DNA of 64,000 nt, taken from contig NC_043015.1 of the NCBI RefSeq assembly GCF_006345805.1, positions 24,056,001-24,120,000 on the forward strand, read 5' to 3'. The notes under the pieces are model-generated. The model saw only the letters and a list, made by a program, of their open reading frames with translations, made no database searches and was not told where the DNA came from. This DNA is from Octopus sinensis (taxonomy: Eukaryota). Below are positions 12,938-25,992 of the stretch, piece by piece (position 1 is the stretch's first letter; every line of letters starts with the position of its first letter). The position numbers and the translations under genes are program-made.

Positions 12938-13754
12938 TATCTTTTAATTACGTGCATTTACCGGAAATGACTTGATAATAAGTCACTAACCTATGAAATT
13001 AGTACGAAATTCTTTAGTTGCGGAAGCTGGAGATGAGAATTTAAATTCTGATGAAAACGTAGATTAAATAGATGCAGACGTGATTATAGCTAGACTATGC
13101 TTTTGATATGCATGTATGTATGTGTGTATGTTCGTATGTATGTATGTATGCATATCATTCTGCTTTTATTTTTAAAATTCTTCACTTACAAAGATCCAAT
13201 CTCTATTCCAGGACATTGCCCTGTCATTGCAATTTAGACAAAAGTTTCTTGTAACCATGTATCCATATGAGTGTGTATATGATGTATTTATGTGCGTGCC
13301 TCTATGCATATTTGTACTTCACCATATCCTTTCTGGTAAAGTGAAGTCCAAATTCATAAATTTGGTGACATATCCAAGTGCCGCAGTAATTGCTGGTATG
13401 AATATGATGCTATAGCTCACATAAATCAAATTCGGATTTCACATTACTTCAGTTATACGTATTTCTCACTTGTAACCTTTGGCTTGCGCACCTGTCCGGC
13501 AACTGACATCCATTCTCAGCTCGCTATCATTGTACCTCGTCTTTGTTATTTTTGCCTTTCAACTGAGAAATGATGACACCTTACATTCTTATTCTTCATA
13601 CTACAGAAAATATCGTCACCCGCAAACACACACAAACACACACATAGCAATATTAAATCTCTGAGCGAAAAGTAAACAGTACCAGTAAATCGTGAAGTAT
13701 ATTTGCCACCTAAATGTGGTGGACACATAGAGGACGATGCTACTGTTTTTAGCC

Positions 13755-14049
13755 CCAGGAAGACATATCCAGCTGGCTCCATCTTATCATTTATTCTGCA
13801 GTTTTCAAAATTATTTGGAAGGAAAAAATATGAATTCTGTAGACGAGGTCAGAACAGTATTGGAGGAGTAGTTTTCGTCACAGACAAGTGTATTGTGGAA
13901 TAGGGTCCTTTTAAGTCTCCCAGATAGATGGAAGAGCATTGTAGAAAATGAAGGAGAGTATATTTTGGATTAAAGATATCTTTGTTTATCTTAAATTTGA
14001 AAACCAAAAGAAGTATAAGAAACCGCATTATTTACAGGATGACACAATA
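13755..14049 (+). mobile_element. mariner transposon 3' fragment with right TIR
   Basis: Broken frame reads ..APS.YHLF..QNYLEGKNMNSVDEVRTVLEE..LPDRWKSIVENEGEYILD*. Ends CCGCATTATTTACAGGATGACACAATA. Confidence 0.8.
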
Positions 14050-14364
14050 CCCTTTTGAATCCTCTTCCAGATTTTGTGCGATTAGATGAATAAATAGGTA
14101 TGTCGCTTATGACATTTTTAAAACAATGGATGTAACTTTAGATTTCAGGGGTTTTTTTTCTTTCTTACGTATATTTTATAATAATAAATGGTGGTTAATA
14201 CTTCACTAACTAATCTTTCTACTTATATTGAACGAAGGGGTTTTGTTTGCTTCTCTTTTATAAAGCAAGTTTAAAAGTAATATCTGAAATGACGTTAAAT
14301 CATAAATTTCTCGATTTTATTTTAAATGTTTCATTATACACACATATACACACACTCCGTATAC

Positions 14365-14548
14365 ACAGAGAAGGCACTGACTAGGTTGTTACACTCACGA
14401 TACAGCGATCGTGAGTTCAATTTCTAGACAGTGGTTCGTTGTGTTTTTGAGCAAAACACTTCATCTCGCGTTGCTCCGCGATCACTTTGACACCTGATAT
14501 GTGGTACACTGTGCACATGTTCAGACAATGTCGATTTGATGTGAGCTA
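14365..14548 (+). mobile_element. Decayed tRNA/CORE-type SINE
   Basis: B-box-like GAGTTCAATT then TGTGTTTTTGAGCAAAACACTTCATCTC. Same family as 45075-45230. Confidence 0.55.
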
Positions 14549-14602
14549 ATGTACAGCACGATAGATAGATAGATAGATATAGATAGATAGACGGGCAGAT
14601 AG

Positions 14603-15178
14603 ATATCCTCCTCCAGTTGTATTTTCTCGCTACATTCGTATCCAGAGAGCTTCTGATTTCCACAGTAGAACATATCTCTTCTTTGTGGTTCCACACGATA
14701 ACATCTGGCTGGTTGGGTTTTAGCTCCGTAGGTGTTTCAATTTTTTTAAAGTTCCACCATAAATTTTTTTACCCATCTTTCTCACTCTGTCATATATATA
14801 GATATATGATTGACTCTCCCGTCGAAGACGACGTGTGCTGGTTCGACTTTTGCCGAACGACCTGCATAAATTATTTATTTATAGTGATTCAAATCACTAT
14901 AAATAAATAATTTATGCAGGTCGTTCGGCAAAAGTCGAACCAGCACACGTCGTCTTCGACGGGAGAGTCAATCATATATCTATATATATGACAGAGTGAG
15001 AAAGATGGGTAAAAAAATTTATGGTGGAACTTTAAAAAAATTGAAACACCTACGGAGCTAAAACCCAACCAGCCAGATGTTATCGTGTGGAACCACAAAG
15101 AAGAGATATGTTCTACTGTGGAAATCAGAAGCTCTCTGGATACGAATGTAGCGAGAAAATACAACTGGAGGAGGATAT
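14603..15178. repeat. Perfect inverted repeat: 287-bp arms, 2-nt loop (CA, 14890-14891)
   Basis: Arms 14603-14889 and 14892-15178 are reverse complements. ORFs 14617+ and 15164- translate identically, and their coordinates sum to 29781. Confidence 0.97.
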
Positions 15179-15400
15179 GTACGGGTCAGTGATAAGCAGT
15201 ATGCAAATCCAGCACCCAAGATATACTTTCAGCTGCATAAGATATTGTTGTTATTGGAACAACATTATTCCTACAAACTTATCCGGAGCAAAGAAAGACT
15301 GAACTGATTCTTCAACAGACAACTTTTCTTCATCTAGATATTGCAACTAAATTTTACTGTTAAATTTATACGTCATAATCACGAGTTTGTTTGTGACGTC
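14998..15400 (+). mobile_element. 5'-truncated RLE-type non-LTR retrotransposon fragment (family distinct from the Dong copies)
   Basis: Reads LWWNFKKIETPTELKPNQPDVIVWNHKEEICSTVEI.SSLDTNVARK, then after a frameshift EEDMYGSVISSMQIQHPRYTF: a PD-(D/E)xK-like RLE pattern. Confidence 0.65.
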
Positions 15401-15948
15401 TAGCGATATCAGTATTGCTTCCACTGTCAACATATTTATAATCACTTCTATATAGTAGGCATTTATCATCTGCTAAAACTTTAACTTATTATCTTCCCAT
15501 GGCACATTGACAATCTGTGACAGCATCACATACCTTTCTTTCATTTTCCAACTTTTCAATCAACATCTTAGGAATATATAATTTGTTGTAATATTAATTT
15601 TTATTGTGCGCACACATTTTAAATTTTGCGTTTTCTCGTGTAACCTACAAATATATACAAATTTTCTTTAAATTCTTCAGATTTATACATGCTAGGCATT
15701 CTATTACATATGTATGTCTCCGCGTATGTATATGGTTGCATACTCCTCAAAAAATGCGTACACACATAATACTATAACGTATATAATCAAAAACACATCT
15801 ATATAAGGAAACACAGTCTCTCGTATACATTATGCAAGCACACAAACATATAAATACACACATAAAGATAGATATAGGTAGATACAGATAGACAGATAGA
15901 TAGACAAAGAGACATGCAAAGAGATAGATTGCTAGAGATAGACAGACA

Positions 15949-15981
<33 letters not shown>

Positions 15982-16149
15982 ATATTGATAGGCAGGTATT
16001 ATATGCCAATCTATCCGAAACCCTCGTAAGCTCATTAAAGAATGAATAATTCTCTATTGTTTTGATTTTATACTATATATCTTTGTGGGTGTATTTTTGT
16101 GCGTGTTTTTGTGTCTGTGGTTTTAACCCCACATATTACTTGCATCTAT

Positions 16150-16294
16150 CTGTCTCTCTGTCTGTCTGTCTATGTATCTATCCGTCTATCCGTCTATATA
16201 TCTATCTGTCTGTTTGTCTCTCTCTCTACCTGCCCGTCTGTTTCTCTATCTGCCTGTCTGTTTATCTATCTGCCCGTCTATCTATCTATATCTA

Positions 16295-16346
<52 letters not shown>

Positions 16347-16350
16347 CATC
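16150..16350. repeat. (TCTA/TCTG)n microsatellite
   Basis: Direct reading. Confidence 0.9.
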
Positions 16351-17522
16351 TGATGGCACCGCGAGTGTCGTGTTGCTCTGAAGCAACTATGCGTTCCGGT
16401 CAACCTTGAGCGACTTCAACACAACCAAAGCATTTTATATGGGATTAGTGGGGGGAGGTTCGACAACGATCTAGGGCCGACCCTGGGTGTCGACGAGCAA
16501 TACCTACCCGCCTGTTCAAGACGACTTTCGGGCCGGGACCTGTGGACAACTTCCAGAGATCTCTGGCCTGACAGTGCTATCGAGAAGCGCTACCCACAGC
16601 CATACTTTAGAAATTAATTTTACGGAATATTTGGACTACACTGCTGTTCCCTGACAATTTCGTTAGCCGAGTTTGATCATTACCAATTCCTGATGGAGTA
16701 TTTGCTTGGGTCTTTAATTCCATTTTCCGTTTGTATATATATATATATATGTGCACGCTCGATGGCGCACACACGCGTTACGCGTGATAATGTCATCGAC
16801 CAGACCAACTGTTGTTATCGCTCTTTACAATGCACTTGCCTCATTTTAGCATTTGGATGCTGCCACACCGCTGGCAAGCGTCATAGGCCACAATTCCCCT
16901 GATCGGAAGACTAATCAGCAAATTATCTACTGCAAGGAGACTGGAACATCATGAGGGAATTGTTATGATCAAGCATACACCAAGCCGTCGGTCAAGGAAC
17001 CGAATGAACTATCTAGGTATAGTGAGTGGAACACCGGATTACTTGCCTAAAATGTAGTCTTGAATTTGACGTTGACGTTATGTGAAGCAAATCCGGCATA
17101 GCAAGGTCTTTCAACTTCTTTATATTATGTATGTATGATACACATACTTATAAACAATAGCATCAGATACATTCAATAGGAGCAACGGGAAATAATGGAT
17201 TGAGAGCAAAAGTATCATATGTACAAGAACATACACTCGCATACACACATACGCATACAGACACGTAAATAGGTACATGTGTGCATATGTATGTACGTAT
17301 GTATGCGTACATGAATATATATATATATATATATACACTCATATATATATATATTTATATATATAAGTAGTTGAATGAATTATCCTAGTATGGATAACTC
17401 GGTTAACCGATACCCGGGTAGCAAATTTACGTCAGAAAGCACGGTTGAAGCTACATGCCAAGGATAGAAATCACGTGCTTTCGTGTGGAAATTTGTGTGT
17501 TTTTTTTACTATAGATAAATGA

Positions 17523-18125
17523 AAGAATAACAGTGGTAGTATTGATGATAACAACGGCAGCATTTCTATAGTCAGGGATATTACAGGCGATAGTAATAAT
17601 AACAATAATAGAACAGATAATAATAACAATAATAGAAATAGTATAGTGGTCAGTGCTAGCAGTTATATTAACAGCAATCATAACAATAAAAACTCCGTCT
17701 TAGTCTCGGAGGTAAACCCTAATAGATTAAAGTTCTTGTCCAGTAATTCCATAATTAAAAATTCCATTTACCAGTGTAGGGTTTCTTCCGGTACCGGTGT
17801 CTTCTTCTATGTTGGGGCGACTACTTCTAAATTATCCCAGAGGATTTCCAATCATTATTCAACTTTCCGAGATAAGAGGAAACAACAAAGTACAGGACTA
17901 AGTAAATTAGTTTGGCGTCTTAAAGACAGCAATATAACTTTCAAGCTGGAATGGTCCATATTGTCTGTATCCTTTCCTTTTGATAAGGGCAGAAAATATT
18001 GTGCCGTCTGTAATTCCGAGCTTTTCTATATACTTTTCGCCAAATTCCCTTTAGTAAACACAATGGTAGAAAAATCCTATACATGCATGCACTGGCAGAA
18101 ACACACCTTCCACTCATATCAATGA
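17523..18125 (+). mobile_element. Penelope-like element: C-terminal GIY-YIG endonuclease coding segment with Asn-rich linker
   Basis: Open frame 17523-18125: SIYQCRV...FYVGAT..KLSQRISNHYSTF..LSKLVWRLK..WSIL..CAVCNSE..CMH. RT portion absent. Confidence 0.85.
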
Positions 18126-18702
18126 TGATTAATATAGATAACCTCCTTGAATTTAATAATTTGGTTCTACAACAACACCATAGACAAATTTTTTTATACT
18201 CCGTTACTTGAAGGCCTACTACCAAATTCGTTGGGGTATGTTCTACCTTTGTCTCTCTACCTCTCCCTCCCTCTCTCTCTCTCTCTCCCTCTCTCTATCA
18301 TAAACACAATCAAACACACAGACACAAATCTGTCACTTCACCACTAGATGTATTTGGCATTTATCCCCCCACACAAACAATCACGCACACACATACACAC
18401 ACATAGACACGAATGCAGTTATATACATACACACATAGGCACTCAATCTCATTGGCAGAAGCAAACAACAACGCATCACCATACATACGACTTGCACTCT
18501 GTCACTCTCCTATTCTTAGATCTTTCCCCTTCCAACCATTTTTTAACTCTTGAACTTTTTAAAAGCTTATCCCTCCAACCAATTTTGACGTGACTGCTTA
18601 TAACGGAATGTTTTAAAGAAACACTCATTTTCACTATGGACTCCGTGTGGGCAGTCATCTAAAAGTTTTTGTTCGTCATGATGCTGACATAAGTTCCTTG
18701 TC

Positions 18703-18767
18703 TTTCCTGATGAACACTTTATTCCTTCGGATTTAGGAATATGCAGTCTTCGAAACATATGTCGAGA
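18703..18767 (+). ncRNA. Type-I hammerhead ribozyme motif in the Penelope-like 3' region
   Basis: Stem I TTTC/GAGA; core CTGATGA 18707-18713; long stem II with TATTCCT/AGGAATA; GAAA 18752-18755; palindromic stem III ACATATGT; GUC site at 18761-18763. Confidence 0.75.
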
Positions 18768-18934
18768 ATAAAGGAATTTTGTTAAATCGCCGTTCGACTC
18801 CATTCTTTCATTTATCTATTTATATATATATATACATGTATATGTACACACATATATATATACATATGGATGTACATACATATATGTGTGTATGTATGTG
18901 TGTGTGAATATATATAATTATGTATATATATGCA

Positions 18935-18984
<50 letters not shown>

Positions 18985-19180
18985 CATATGCTTTAATTCG
19001 CACATGTATATAAAATATGCTGATACATAAATATACATGCATATCTATCTATCTCGCTCTCCTTTTGTCTCTCTATAAATGTATAACCATAAATGTATAA
19101 TCATGCATCTATATCGGTATGCGTGTACATGCTTATATGAAACACATGGATGTCTATGCATAATACATATACACACATAA

Positions 19181-19213
<33 letters not shown>

Positions 19214-20439
19214 TATGCATAAATATGTATTCATACATAAATGAATATATATTGTATATTCATTTATATATTTACATGCAGATTAGTATGGATATAGTAT
19301 GTAGATATGTGTATGTATATTCTACACATGCTAATCTAGAGAAATGCATTCAATTTTAAACAAGGCCGTATCAAGCTGAGTCTATCCAATTTCTGTCGAA
19401 TCATACAAAAACCATTCATTGTTTAATACTGCAAAGATTAAGAAAGTTGATCTAGATTTTCGATAAAGATTTCTACTGAAAGACACACGTGCCATTTTAG
19501 CAAATTACAAAAGTTACAACAGCAACAACAACATAAAAAAAGTCAAAGAGAAAACAAGCAGTAAACTTTCAGATAATTATGTAAGGAACTGCAGATAGAA
19601 ATTACATATGTTCTGATACGAAATATATTTTGTGGTGTATGTATTTTCATATGTATGTCTGTCACTACGTACCTACGTATGTGTTATGTATTTATATATA
19701 TATATATATGTGTGCATGTATCTACACATTTAGATATGCATACACTTGTTATATAAATAAATATATGAATGTTTGCGTGTACATGTTTGCGATTGTGTGT
19801 ATGCATATGTATGTCTAATATATGTATGTATGTCATCAGTAGCAAACCTCCTAAGACGACATGATAAGGTCTATTTCGCCTCCAACGATAGAGAAAGTAA
19901 GTATATATATATAAAATATATGTATGAACAGTGGCGTCCCGATTGTCAACTTCCTTGATGAAAGCTCGCTATTTGCAGCGGAAGCATTATAAGTTCTAAA
20001 TGATATTCTGTGTATCATACTTAATGTAGTCATAGTCTTGATATTCTTCTAACCTCAGTGTTTATTCAAGACAGCTTCTCGTATAGAAGTTTAGATTTAA
20101 AAGAGACAAAGAAATATATCAGTTGCAGACGGCAAATATCTCGCAGCGAAGATGCAATTGCTAAATAGGGAATTCTATGCTGCTTCTGTTCTGTGTTCTT
20201 CTAGAGCCTTGGGCTGAGTCGAAGGTCGTTGACAAAGTCCAAATAAGCCGAAATATTTAGTTATCTCACCACGCTATTGCTCGATTTTTGCCTGCTACTG
20301 AATATTTGGGGGACACACACTCAGACACATTTACATGCATGCGTATATAGATATTTGTGCGTGTGTTTTTACATGTATGCATACGCTCACAAACTTATAG
20401 GTAAATACAGAGATAGTTAGATACATTTATAGCTAGACA

Positions 20440-20442
20440 GAC

Positions 20443-20503
<61 letters not shown>

Positions 20504-20512
20504 TATAGATAT

Positions 20513-20567
<55 letters not shown>

Positions 20568-20626
20568 CAGTTATAGGGAGCCAGACAGATAAATAGATAG
20601 ATACAGTTATAGGGAGACAGACAGAC

Positions 20627-20699
<73 letters not shown>

Positions 20700-20740
20700 C
20701 ATTTATAGGTAGACAGACAGATAGATTGATAGATAGATGT
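20440..20740. repeat. (GATA)n array with a duplicated GATACAGTTATAGGGAG interruption
   Basis: Direct reading. Confidence 0.95.
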
Positions 20741-21765
20741 GTGCATGTGTTTATGCATGTATGAACAGAGCTATTTAGATAGATCGATAGAGAGACATAT
20801 ATTTTAAACTAGAAGATACAATGACAACGATTATACTGGACACAGTTTAATAATACCAGCACCGCTTTAAGAATCTTCGATTTTCGTCAGCGTATATTGT
20901 AAACCTTATATCTCGTATGTAACCTCATACTGCACGGTTCTCTGCTTGCTTTGAGGTAATTCTTGCCAGCTGTTTTCCTCTTGCTTGAGAAATAATCGTA
21001 TCTCCGTCTTGTAATTGCTATCAAGTAACTTTGTAATGACTGCTTGACTAGTGATTGATAAAACTATGCATCCACTCTAAAGAATGTCATGATCTTGTAA
21101 TTGTTTACATCAACTGTAAAAACCTGGGAGCCTAGCTTATGATTATGTGTTGCAGTATTAGTATAATAAGGAAATAATTCTAGCCCGTTCCGTCCTCAGT
21201 TAGTACTGCATCTATGCAGATTTATAAAGCAGATCCAAAAGTGCTGTATTCATAAAAGCGTCACCCGTGGGAGTCCATTTCCCTTACACCCTTTAGCTAT
21301 GTTACTGAGTCTAGAGAGAGAAAGTATTTTTGCTAGGAGGTAATTCTTCTTCAGGAGCAAGCTAGATATTTGGTCGGAACTAAGTTCACCGCCTGAAAGC
21401 AACCGCCTGTTAGAGATTTATTAAGAAAAGTAGCAAGCTTGTCAATTCTCATACCTTTCCACAAATTTATGTAAGAAATTAGAAATCGTGGATTAGTAAT
21501 GAACCAGGTAAAACAAATGCGATGTTTCTCGACTGCAGGCAGCAATTGTTACGAAGCTAGGCGAAATTCAATAGATATGATTATATCTGAGAGCAATAAC
21601 TGGTACACAACTTGTTTTTAATCTCGCTGGATATTTTCTAGAAAGATGTATAAAAAAAAAGAATCAACTCATTTATGTTGACCGCCGAATTCAATGGTTT
21701 ACACCAAGTATATTTCTGGTTCTAACAAATGAGCCATCTGAAATGTGTGACATATACTCTAAGGC

Positions 21766-22056
21766 AGATGTTCTAAAACTTTTTGGGCTAAATCCCTCTT
21801 CATGGCCACATAATACCCTCAGCGCCCCCACACCTATCTTTAAGTATAAGTAAAAATTTTATATTTTACTAATTTATATATACTTTCAATCATTTGATAT
21901 TTAATTTATAATTTGTATACAATACTATAATAATAAATTCATAGGAGTCCCCCAATCCTCTTCCTTTCTCCCAAATGTCTTCTTTTCCTCTACCACCCCC
22001 TCAGACACCAGCACCCACCTGGACCCTCTAAACGCCTAGTTTGAGAATCTATGCTG
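21766..22056. mobile_element. Possible hAT-type MITE
   Basis: Imperfect termini CAGATGTTCTAAAACT and AGTTTGAGAATCTATG resemble CAGTGGTTCTCAAACT-type TIRs. Confidence 0.4.
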
Positions 22057-25000
22057 TAAGGTATGGTTCTATTATAACATACTGAATCTTGTAGCTTTTC
22101 TGAGAGACGATATTAAGTGGAACTGTATCGAACCTGATACAGATTGGTCTGTTATTTTGGTCAACATAAATACTACCCCAGATTATGAATTTAGTGTTTG
22201 TAAAGTCAATAAAGATGTTTGTATTTCCTTGTCTAACCTCACCATCAAGTCGCATTTAATATTTGATAGCATACATACAACCCTTTAGGTTATCGCTATT
22301 GTGATTGGTGATGATTTTATTACTAATGAGACTCAAATCTGACCTGTTGTAGCAACACTGGGGCCAAATGTCTTCCAACGACGCTTATTACTTTCTATAT
22401 CCTTGTGTAGTCCTTCTTCAATCATTTTTGTAATTGAGTATGCTGCACTTCAAAGATATTAGAGAAGTTGTATGTCCGCTATGTGTAGTAGACGGCGTTT
22501 CATTGAAGAGGCTCTTGCTTTGACTCGTATTTACTTTTTATTATATAATTGGTGGCTGTTATTGATTAAGAATTAAGGGAGAAATGAAAGCAGCTTTTCA
22601 AAATATTTCATCGTCTCTATCATGATTTTACCACATTTGCAAATGTTTCAATCCGTAATTAACTGGTTGCAGTGTAGGGTGAGTGCTTACATAGTTGCAC
22701 TAGAGGGATGTATTGGGGCACAATGAATATTTTAATTCGTTACAATGCGTCCTTCACTTTGGCCGTCAATAACTCTAGTTGAAGCGAAGCCTTGAAGAAA
22801 AAGTAATTGAAAACTTTGCTGCGACTGAATCTTATAATTTATTAGAAATCACTGGATTGGATGTGTTTGATAGGCAAACACAAGAAAGAGAAAATGCATA
22901 AAATATATGAAATAACAATTGTTGACCAATGGAAAAAGACGGACGTGTGGCTAATAACTTTTGGAATCAAACGTGTCTAACAGAAACAAAATTATTTGAA
23001 AATTTCTTTACATATGATAATTGAGATGGCGAATGTGACACACAAAAAAGAAAGAAATTTTACTAAATCATAAAACAGCGTGTATCAAACTCTAAGGAGT
23101 TGAGAAATAAAAACGAATTTTTACCAATATGGCAGTACTGTTTAAAATTACATCAAATTGGCGAGGTGGTTTGAAAACGAAAAAAAAAAAAAATTTAATC
23201 TGAGCCATAGAAATTAGAAGACAATTTCAAGTCAGAATGCAAGGCTGAAGTTGTTTAAAGCAACAATTTTTTTTGCCTCTTTTATGTAATACTCTAGCTG
23301 GTAGCTCTCTTGATATGAGGAAAATGATTCACATAATAATACTAATGTTGATAATAATAATAATAAAATTAAACAAATGCATGCAATACTCTTTTTTTTA
23401 AAGTGGACAATTTTTATCCTTCAAGCATGGGCAAATTGAGTAAAGGTATTAAAATGTTTCAAGAACTCGCTATGAGAGGAGGATAAGAAGTAATTATGCT
23501 CCATGCAAAGTGGATTGAAATTATTCGAATGGCGAGGAATTTATGAAAAACCAGTTCTCAAACCAACGATTTTTTTAAAGTTCAACTGTCGAGATAAACT
23601 TCAAATAGTCATAATTAAAGTTTAGAGATTCGATGAAGTTTCAAATAAAACAGTATAATTCCAAGTTATAGAGGAAGATGCGTTTGTATCAATTTGAAAC
23701 AACTCATTATACCCTACCAAAAGATCTAAGAAAATAGAGTGAAGCCAATGTCGTTAATACTAACTTATAATATACTATGATAAGCAAGGCAAATAAATGA
23801 GAGATTCTTGTTTTGTAAATGGTAGATGAACGGAATCTATAGACTCTGCTCAATTCCTAGTGATAGACATTGGACCAATGAAGATTTTCCGTTTTTAACC
23901 TCTCGGTTCCTCATCAATTCCTTTTAACTGTTCACACTTTTACTGCTTGACGTGAAATTCCGACTTCAAAGACATTTGGCCTCTCAACCTAATCACACGA
24001 CATTTGACCTCTCAGCCTAATCAAATATAACTTGATACTCAACTTTCAGCGTTTAGTGTTCCCCTATCCTTAAGTTTCCTATTACGAAGTCTTTGCATAC
24101 ACGATACTACGCACTCTTTACGTTCATAGGTTCCTTGCTTGCAATGGTTGACGGAATGTAAAATATGGGCAAAAGCTTTTGCGATTTTCTGATTTCCAAA
24201 AGGCAGCGTTCACTGTTGAAATGCTCTGTAATCGGAAATGTCATTTTCGGCAATCACCGACGGTGAAAACAGAATAAATTAAAAGAAAAAAATTATAACC
24301 GATGAACTTAGAATTAACTCTCATCTTCTGAACTATTCTAATTAACTACCAAAGAACAAATATAATCATTGACTACTTCGGAATTTACAGTTTCGTATTA
24401 ATACACATCAGATTTGAGAAAGTCTTTTTAAACGTTTAATTGATTGAAGTTGCAATTTGCATATTTAAACGATGGATTTTGTTTTGGCATAGACAAGCAG
24501 TAAATGGTATTTTAGAGATTGAATCAATAAGGTCTCTTTGTTGGTGCTTATCGATCTACCTAACGGTAAAGCAAATCATGGAATGGGAGCTGGATCCTGT
24601 CATTCATCCTACCGAATTTGAGTCAAATATTTACCCGGTCTGTAATTATAATCTGTACTGATTTAACAATAATTTTTAGCAACAAATCTGCGATCTTCCT
24701 CTATTTCTTTTATAATAAATACAAAAATACATTCAATATTAATAGGAAATACACAAAAATAATATCAATTATTAAACTTTATTTTTTCAATACGTCAATA
24801 CATAGAATTATAATTTGGTTTACATGAAAAGAAGGAAAAGTAAATTGAATAAAACTAAATTCAGAATATTCCAGTATATTTTCATTTGAACTGCCTCCCA
24901 TTACGAATATTTCTGCGGAAGAGAAAAAGGAACCAATAAATAAGAAATAAATGAAAAGTTAGATTATCCTCGTTGAACTTATATTAACAGCAACATAATG

Positions 25001-25385
25001 TGGTTCAGGTTTCATCCTTATTAACATTCTGCAATGTTCAAAACATGGAAATCTATGCATGAACACTAACTTCAATAGAGAACAAAATAGAAAATTGAAT
25101 CCATTCGTTTTACCATATATGTGAAAACCCCTACATACACACACGCACACATGATGGAGTATTCATTCTCACACTGAACGAAATGATAGTGTGATATAAG
25201 GAAAGAGATACATTTAAAATGTCACCTGAGGAAGAGAATTTTCACATTTCATGGATGATAGAGATTACGTAGTATGTTAATTATATTATCTCACAAATGC
25301 TCTGCGAGTGTAAAACCGAGTCGCAACAATATATGTGAAAAAATGTTAAGATAGAAAATGCTAAAATAATTTTATAAAAACATTT

Positions 25386-25421
25386 CAGTACCGGTTTCAG
25401 TCGTTGAGACATTTTCAACTG
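25386..25421 (-). ncRNA. Hammerhead-like motif with U3/A8 core variant
   Basis: Minus strand: CAG TTGAAAA T-GTC-TCAAC-GAC-T GAAA CCGG TA CTG. Confidence 0.5.
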
Positions 25422-25449
25422 TAACAATTAATAAAATTTAGAAAAATTT

Positions 25450-25615
25450 ATATATATATTGATAAAAACGGTAAGATAACAAAAGAAAGAAAGAGACCTC
25501 AATATTATGTAAATAGAGGAAATTTATCTGTAAATTAATATGTGTCAATTATACAATAACCAAGATAAAACTCTGAGTTTCGGATGCCGAAGTGGAAATC
25601 CACAACACCATCTCG
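25450..25615 (-). mobile_element. Penelope-like pseudo-LTR fragment, inverted relative to the adjacent ORF
   Basis: Closely similar to 28985-29145. Contains the 3' two-thirds of the hammerhead seen intact at 27168-27230. Confidence 0.7.
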
Positions 25616-25992
25616 ACGAAAAAATACGTGGGCCTTACAGAGGGTAATTTCAAGGCCAGTTTCAATAACCACACCTTGAGTTTTAGGCACTGGAACAAAA
25701 GAAAAGCGACAAAATTATCCAATCGTATTTGGTCAATAAAAGATAAAGGAGTCAGTTACAACATCCATTGGAAGATTTTGGCCAAATGTAAGTCCTACAC
25801 CAACGGCAGCGGAAAGTGCGGTCTATGCGACATGGAGAGATGGCTTATCTGGAAAAGCAGCTTAGACCCTACTACATGTCTAAATTCAAGGACAGAACTT
25901 TTCGGATCATGCCCAGATGTGACAAAATTTTTGTTACCTTTTTGGTCCCCCCCAAAAAAAATACAGATAGAGCTTGCTTTCTATATTACTCT

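Noticed and set aside
14790-14870. Possible ribozyme in the tip of the large palindrome
   Set aside because: TCGAAGA is present but there is no GAAA or stem II partner in register; only a simple hairpin.
22095-22290. Open + frame FLRDDIKWNCIEPDTDWSVILVN... after a possible acceptor
   Set aside because: No recognisable domain and no good donor site. Cannot support an exon without expression data.
22690-23760. Possible very old mariner or hAT remnant
   Set aside because: Only a WF-like fragment is seen; no catalytic motif or TIR pair.
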